Shown in pieces: positions 49,782 to 56,108 of a stretch of 56,108 nt of DNA; positions within the stretch are counted from its first letter, which is position 1, and each line of letters opens with the position of its first letter. Location of the stretch: contig NC_068987.1 in NCBI RefSeq assembly GCF_001194135.2, forward strand, positions 82,947,692 to 83,003,799, given 5' to 3'. A program made the translations under genes and the position numbers. Under the pieces are notes generated by a model. The model saw only the letters and a list, made by a program, of their open reading frames with translations, searched no databases and was not told the DNA's origin. Source of the stretch: Octopus bimaculoides (Eukaryota).

Positions 49782-51474
49782 TATAAATATATGATTGGAT
49801 GTATGTGTATGTATGTGTGTGATACTGCCTTGATACCATGTGACAGTTGTAAGCAAGTGTCACCCTCAAGCAAGCAGTATCCTTTACTTCCAATCTTCCT
49901 TAAAAACATGTCTGGCCATGGTAAAATATTATCTTACTTGGAAACGGATAAGAGAGTCAGTGGCAGGAAAGGCATCTGGATATAGAAAATCCATCTCAGC
50001 AAATCCATCCAGTCCATGATAAAATGCCAAAGTGGACACTAAATTGTGATGATGAACAATTATGATTTGTACCCTTGCATTTCGATGGGTTGTCATGGCC
50101 CAAGTAAATTCTTTAGATTTAATACTTTCCTTAATGGGTCAAAGACAATATTTTATTCATTTCTTCCATACTTGGCATGATTTCTATAACGCCAATCATG
50201 TTATGGTGTTTATTGGATGCATTTTATCTTGACACCAATCATCATTATCATCATCCAGTGTTTTAAAGCCGGGCTTTGTCCCCGTTAACAGGTGTGGCTG
50301 GATCTACCTCAATGCCATTGCAAATGAGGTAGGCAGGTGCAGCCCACCCCCAAACTCTGGGCTGGCTGGCTGGCTGGTGCCCATTTTCCTTTGCTATCAT
50401 AAGGTTTGTTTGGTGCTAGATTTTCTACGAGGAGCATGCCCTTGCTTGCCCCCAACCTCAGTTTCTAGGCATGAGTGGTCCCGAGACCAAGGCTTCTACC
50501 ATGATTTTTAAGAAATATGGTGGAAAACTAACTCAGGAAGGCAGGGACGCAACTCCTTGAGACCCCTTTTGGAGCCCCCTACTAATGCAAGGGAAAATTC
50601 TAATAACATATGCACAACAAATACTCACTATATTAGTGCTGCATTTGGTAACGAGAGGGTTAAGTGGAAATAGCTGGCTATGAGACCTCAATTGTCAACA
50701 CTCCCACCATTGGTTTTCCTTTTCATTTAAGGTTTAAAAGAAATAACTCTCATTGTTGCAACTATCAACATTAGTGTCACGAAAGATAGACATAGTGAAA
50801 TTATAAAGGTGCCAGAACAGGGGTGAGTAGATGTATGTTGCATGTAAAAGGTGAGATGGAGGAGAGCCTCAGCCAGACTCCTTACAGGCAAAAAACACAG
50901 GTAGGTAACAATGCTGGTTTAAGCATAACAGGCATACTGGTGACTGAGAAATGGATAAATAATGCAACCGAAATAGCCAGAATATGTGAGAAACTAGTTA
51001 CTGGAAAAGCAACAGCAACAACATCTCTGCTTATATACCACAAATGCAATTGATGGATGATTAAGGAAGTCACTTTGATAACAAACAACAAGGATATCAT
51101 TATCTTGGTTGGTAACTTCAGCTGATTACATCTAATAGATGGGGATGACCAATATGGTTAACAGAAATGCAAACAGGTTACAGCTTCTAGAATTCTGTAA
51201 TGCTAACGAGCTAACCATCTTTGACACACACTTCAAGAAATCAACCAATCACTTCCTCATATATTAATCACATAAAGCATATTAGCCAGATAAATTTTAT
51301 CCTTATTAGGGAATGAGATAAACAGATGGTTGTAGATAATAAGTTTTCCTCCTCAGTGAAGAATATACCACTCAATATGCGGTAGAGATTAGTGATTTTA
51401 GATTAAGGGCCAGATAGACTGAAAAATAAAAGATGTTCCGGAGAAGGAAGGTGTGACGAGTGGAAAACCCTTCA

Positions 51475-51885
51475 GCAAGTATGACTGTGTAGTTAAGAAG
51501 CTCATCTGCAACCAAGTCATTTCAGGTTCAGTTCCATTGCATAACGCCTTGGACAAGTGGCTTCTATCACAGCCCTGGGTTAACTAATGCCTTGTGAATG
51601 AATTTGGTAAATGGAAATTGTGTGGAAGTCTGTTTCGTACATGTGTACATGGGTGTGCTTGCATGTGTGCTTGTGTGTGACTTTGTGCTTGTGTATGCCA
51701 CCCTTCTGTGTGACAACTGGTGCTGGTTTGTTTATATCCCTGTAACTTAGCAGTTCAGCAAAAGAGAATGATAGAATAGGCTCCAGACTCAAACAAGACC
51801 ATAAGTACTTGGATCGATTTATTCAACTAAAACCCTTCAAGGCAATGCTCCAGTATGGCCACAGTCCAATGACTGAAAGTTAGAA
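51475..51885 (+). mobile_element. SINE family A copy nested in the RTE relic
   Basis: diverged head and tail. Confidence 0.7.
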
Positions 51886-51964
51886 ATGATACAAATATAT
51901 AAGGGTTCTACAGATGAAAAGGAAATGGAAGAGATAGAAACCTGTAATACAGAGGACTATTTTT

Positions 51965-52199
51965 TTATTTCTTTATTGCCCACAAGGGGCTAAACATAGA
52001 GGGGAAAAACAAGGACAGACAAAGGAATAAAGTCGATTACATCAACCCCAGTGAATAACTGGTATTTATTTTAATCGACCCTGAAAGCATGAACAGCAAA
52101 GTTGACTTTGGCAGAATTTGAACTCAGAACATAACAGCAGACGAAATACCACTAAGTATTTCACCTGGCATGCTAATGATTCTGCCAGCTTGCTGCCTT
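51965..52199 (-). mobile_element. SINE family C copy nested in the RTE relic
   Basis: reverse complement of the 26536-26770 type unit. Confidence 0.8.
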
Positions 52200-52844
52200 A
52201 TTGGGAGTCTCCACAAGGTTCCAAGCCAGAACAAAGTTCTAACTGGATGACAGGTAACATGATAATGGAATACTACTGTATTGTTTTGTTTTCTGGGTTT
52301 TTTTTTTAGTGCTAGGGCTCATATGGCTGGTTATCAGGGTTCTCGGGCATATAAGTGACCGAAACCACAACATTGCTCCTGAACATGATGCCAATCCATT
52401 CCAAGGTTCAAGGCCAGTAGTCTTTGTAAGTAGGGGTCACGTCGATTGCATTGACCCCAATGTTGACTGGTACTTTATTTTATCAACTCCAAAAGGATTG
52501 AAGGCAAAGACGTCTTGGTAGGATTTGAACTTAGGACATAAAGAGCCAGAAGAAACGCTGCTAAGCCATTTGTCTGACACATTACCAATTCAGCCAATTT
52601 GCCATGTTAATACATAGAGTCATAAAAGCTAAAGGACAAGTTTGAAATGAGTGAAAGTCAGGAGGAATCAAAGAACAATATCATATTGCTAGAAAAGGTA
52701 GACAACTAAAGATGGAGAAAGGCCAAAAGCAAGGGAATTGCCAGCATCATGTGATCAGAGGTGAGAGGTATTTCAGATAGTAGACAAAGTGTCAGTGTTA
52801 AAAACAGTTCATCAAAATTTTGTGGTGTAAAAGCGTATTCAAAA

Positions 52845-53063
52845 TTCTTCTTTTATACTCAAGGCACAAGGCTTGAAATTTTGGGGGAGGGGTCCAGTCG
52901 ATTAGATTGACTCCAGTATGCAACTGGTACTTAATTTATCGACCCCGAAAGGATGAAAGGCAAAGTCGACCTCAGTGGAATTTGAACTCAGAACATAAAG
53001 ACAGACGAAATACCACTAAGCATTTCGTCCAGCGTCCTAATGTTTCTGCCAGCTCGCCGTCTT
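52845..53063 (-). mobile_element. SINE family C copy nested in the RTE relic
   Basis: reverse complement head aagacggcgagctggcagaaac and central motif. Confidence 0.8.
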
Positions 53064-56000
53064 TGTATTCAAAATTATTGTGGCATACTTACCCACAATG
53101 ACTCTAAGAAGCAGCTTGGAAATATTACTATGAACTGTCATTGAATGCAGAAAATGCATGGAAAGAAAAGAAGGGGCTCAGTTACTGAAATGAACAGTTA
53201 AATGGTAAAAATGATTATTAAGGTTACAAAGTCAGGCAAAGCAGCTGGAATAATTACTAAGATGATGAAAATATCTGACAGTGTGGGGTTGAAGCCAGTC
53301 AGGTGTTTAGTCAAACAAGTCCTAGATGGAAGTGTCATACTTAATAATTAATGTAGCAGGATAATCAATAACCGTTTCAAAGGGTAAGAAAATGCTCTAG
53401 AAAGAACTAACTACAGTGGTATTGAACTGATGGACCAAGTTATAAAAGTAATCGAAAGATTCTTAGCACAATAGATTAGGAAGAAAATCTACTCAGATGA
53501 AGCAGTTTAAATTTGTGCCAGATTGGGGTGCTACTGATTTTCTTTTGATAGACAACTGTAAAAAATTCTTCGATAAATTAAGGCTCTTTACTTATCATCT
53601 GTTGATCTGGAGAAGGACTTTGACAGAGAACCATGATGGTGGTCATGAAAAGGGCTTGAAATAGTTGGATGATTTGGGAGAGTGATGCCATATCAGGACC
53701 ATTACCCCACCTAGAACAATTCATCCTGATCACAATTACTCCCATTGGTTAATTACCCCCTCTCCAATATATTAAGAAATTTTAAATCATCCTCTGTGGT
53801 CCTCAGGGGTAATTGTCTTTGGTGAAGCATGGATGTTTAAACAAACTTAAGAAAATGCTTTGAACAGGCAAAGGGTTAACAAAGCAACACTTCTAAGAGT
53901 TCTGTGAACACATATCTTGTTAGATTTTTGGCAAACAACTTGTAGATGTAAGTGCTACAAGTTAAAAGCCCTGCATACCAAATGCTAGCAGGCTTATGGG
54001 GTCATCAGGAGAGAATGTGTAGTTTCGGGATCTTCCTCTCAACAGCATAATCACTGAGATGAGGCCCTGTTTGCTAGATCAACTGGTTTCACTCAATATT
54101 CTTCTAGCCATTGCTCATCGTGTCTCATTAACCAAAGATGGCTCACCGTCTTCATTGTACTCTGGATGTCATTCATGATGGTATTTTAACATTAACAGTG
54201 TATTACATAATTTAAGGAGAATACTCTGTATGTCCTTGCCACATTGTACATTTTCACACATGTCACAGCAGTTCAGTGTTGCTTACAATTATCTTCTCAA
54301 TTTAACATTTTCAGTTCAAGATTAGAGATTTTAAAGCTTTAAATTTGAAAAATAAACTCCATTTTTTTCTCCTCCAGGTTTACATTAAGTAGCTTTTTAT
54401 TATCTTCCTGTTACCATACTGAAAAAGCAACGGTTCAAATAAACGACAAAATCTTGCTTTATTTTAACATAAACCATAATACTGGCATGGTAGAAACCTT
54501 ATCTATTAAAAAAAAAAAAAAATTCCATTAACTCAACTAACGAATGATAAGCTCTAAATATTGTCTTCAGGCAAGTTATGAAATCTTTCATATAAATTGC
54601 CTGAAGAATATTCAACAAGAAGTATTAAAACTGTTATATATAATCAATTTTACTACTTGTTGTTTGTAATTTTGTATTTGTTCGAAGTATTTTTCCTGCA
54701 AATAAAAATTATCATGAAAGTATACTTTTTATAAAAAATATGGTTTCTTTTAATATAAAAGTGTAAAGTAACTTATTGGATGTATTCAATATAACTCCAC
54801 ACATTATTTTCTGTATTACACAGTTTTATAACCAAATATATTGTATCCTACCTGTTTGAAGCTATTATTATTATCATCACTATCATTACCATTATCATGA
54901 TTATTATTATCATCATCATTAACATCATTATCATTATCACCACCAAAATCTTCATTGTCATTACTACCATTATTATATTCTCTTTGATATGATATTCTGA
55001 TATCAAACTGGTTTTATGTATGAAATGGGAAAACGCCAAGAGACTGTAAAAAAGCATCAAAGTACTTTTTAATGCGAATTAAACCTGAGGACAGTACCTT
55101 GGGGCCCAGCTGTCTCTCCCCAATTTTTTCCTTTTCTACATCAATAATTTACAACTACATCTAACAACAAAAATTCTTAATGTAGATAATACTACACTCC
55201 ACTCCATTTTCTCTTAGCTTCCATTTACTTACAAATCCTCTACCTCTTGAAGCTGGAACATATTTTGCAGACACACATAGACCACATGACCAGGGAGGCT
55301 GAAGAGATGTTCATGACCATAGTTCGCTACTACAGAAACTAAAGCTTCCAAACTGCTACCAAAAATTCCAAGACTTTTAAAAATTTTTAACTTTGTAACA
55401 GGAGGGTAAAAAAATATGAATGCTCTTACCTCGAAATGAAATCAGACCAGAATATCCAGCTTCACTTCACAAGAATCAGTAGAACTCAATAGTCATACCC
55501 ATGTGTGTACACTAGCCCAGCCTCAGGCCAGACACTACTCTCCCTAGGAGATCCCTTACCCATTTCTGTTCCCTTTAGCTCCCTGATGAAGAAAGAAGCT
55601 GTTCTTCGGATACCCAGCTTCTTGATGTGATGTCACTTTTCCTAGCTTCTGGTCCCCACATCCTTCTTCCTCCCTCACTCCATACCCAATGTCTCCCTTC
55701 GCCCCTCCACACACTGCTATACTTGCTTCAGTCATACAGTTGTGGCCTGAATGGTTAGGGTAAAACAAATTCCCACAGTTCTTATGTTATTATTAGTCTC
55801 ATACCTATTCTATAGGTCCCTTTCACCAAACTGCTGGGGTTATACAAATGTAAACAAACCAACACCAGTTGTAAAGCAGAAAAAAAAATATATATATATA
55901 TAGAGTTATTAATATTTCTTAGTCTCTCTAAAGGAGACTACGGCAGCGGTACTGGAAATTAATAGTTATCGCCAAGCCAACATGGCAGTCCCAAAATTAG

Positions 56001-56108
56001 GACAAAAGCTGCCGTGAATTAGCTCCAAGAAGCCATCGCCTCTAGCTAGCTATGTGACACACAAAACCTGTGTCCTTTATAACCTTCGAACAGGGGAGGT
56101 CAGCAGCT

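Larger units (their letters stand above)
50800..53640 (+). mobile_element. decayed RTE-clade LINE (endonuclease and RT remnants) interrupted by at least four SINEs
   Basis: endonuclease-like ITGILVTEKWIN and GNRNANRLQLLEFCNANELTIFDTHFKK...SQINFILIR (about 50930-51310); RT-like ALERTNYSGIELMDQVIKVIER and LYLSSVDLEKDFDR (about 53230-53630); many stops and frameshifts. Confidence 0.8.

Noticed and set aside
2271-52199. tRNA-like A and B box sequences
   Set aside because: They are heads of multi-copy SINEs with no complete cloverleaf, so they are not called tRNA genes.
53730-53820. Short inverted match caattacccc/ggggtaattg
   Set aside because: Only about 10 bp with no TSD; may be a MITE remnant but is unsupported.
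55582-55615. CTGATGAAG...TTCGGATAC hammerhead-like words
   Set aside because: GAAA is absent and stems I and III cannot be formed convincingly.

Overview
Repeat-rich, AT-rich animal genomic DNA with nine N-gaps; the SINE and microsatellite landscape suggests an octopus (inference). One protein-coding gene is supported: the 3' part of a four-jointed/FJX1-family Golgi kinase on the + strand, in three exons (19393-19573, 35930-36094, 48059-48476) joined in frame by GT-AG introns of about 16.4 and 12.0 kb. The catalytic DNE motif is intact and the 5' exon(s) are not visible. The rest is tRNA-derived SINEs, LINE 3'-tail copies, decayed RTE LINE pieces, a mariner relic, a hAT-type MITE, a candidate solo LTR and microsatellites. 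The most interesting signal is two unrelated repeat families that fold into minimal type I hammerhead ribozymes of the Penelope/retrozyme kind. One lies in both arms of a 283-bp near-perfect palindrome (6967-7249) and has a compensatory G3-C8 core (GUGAACA). The other occurs at 1954, 18757 and 40018 with complementary lesions. Ribozyme activity is untested.
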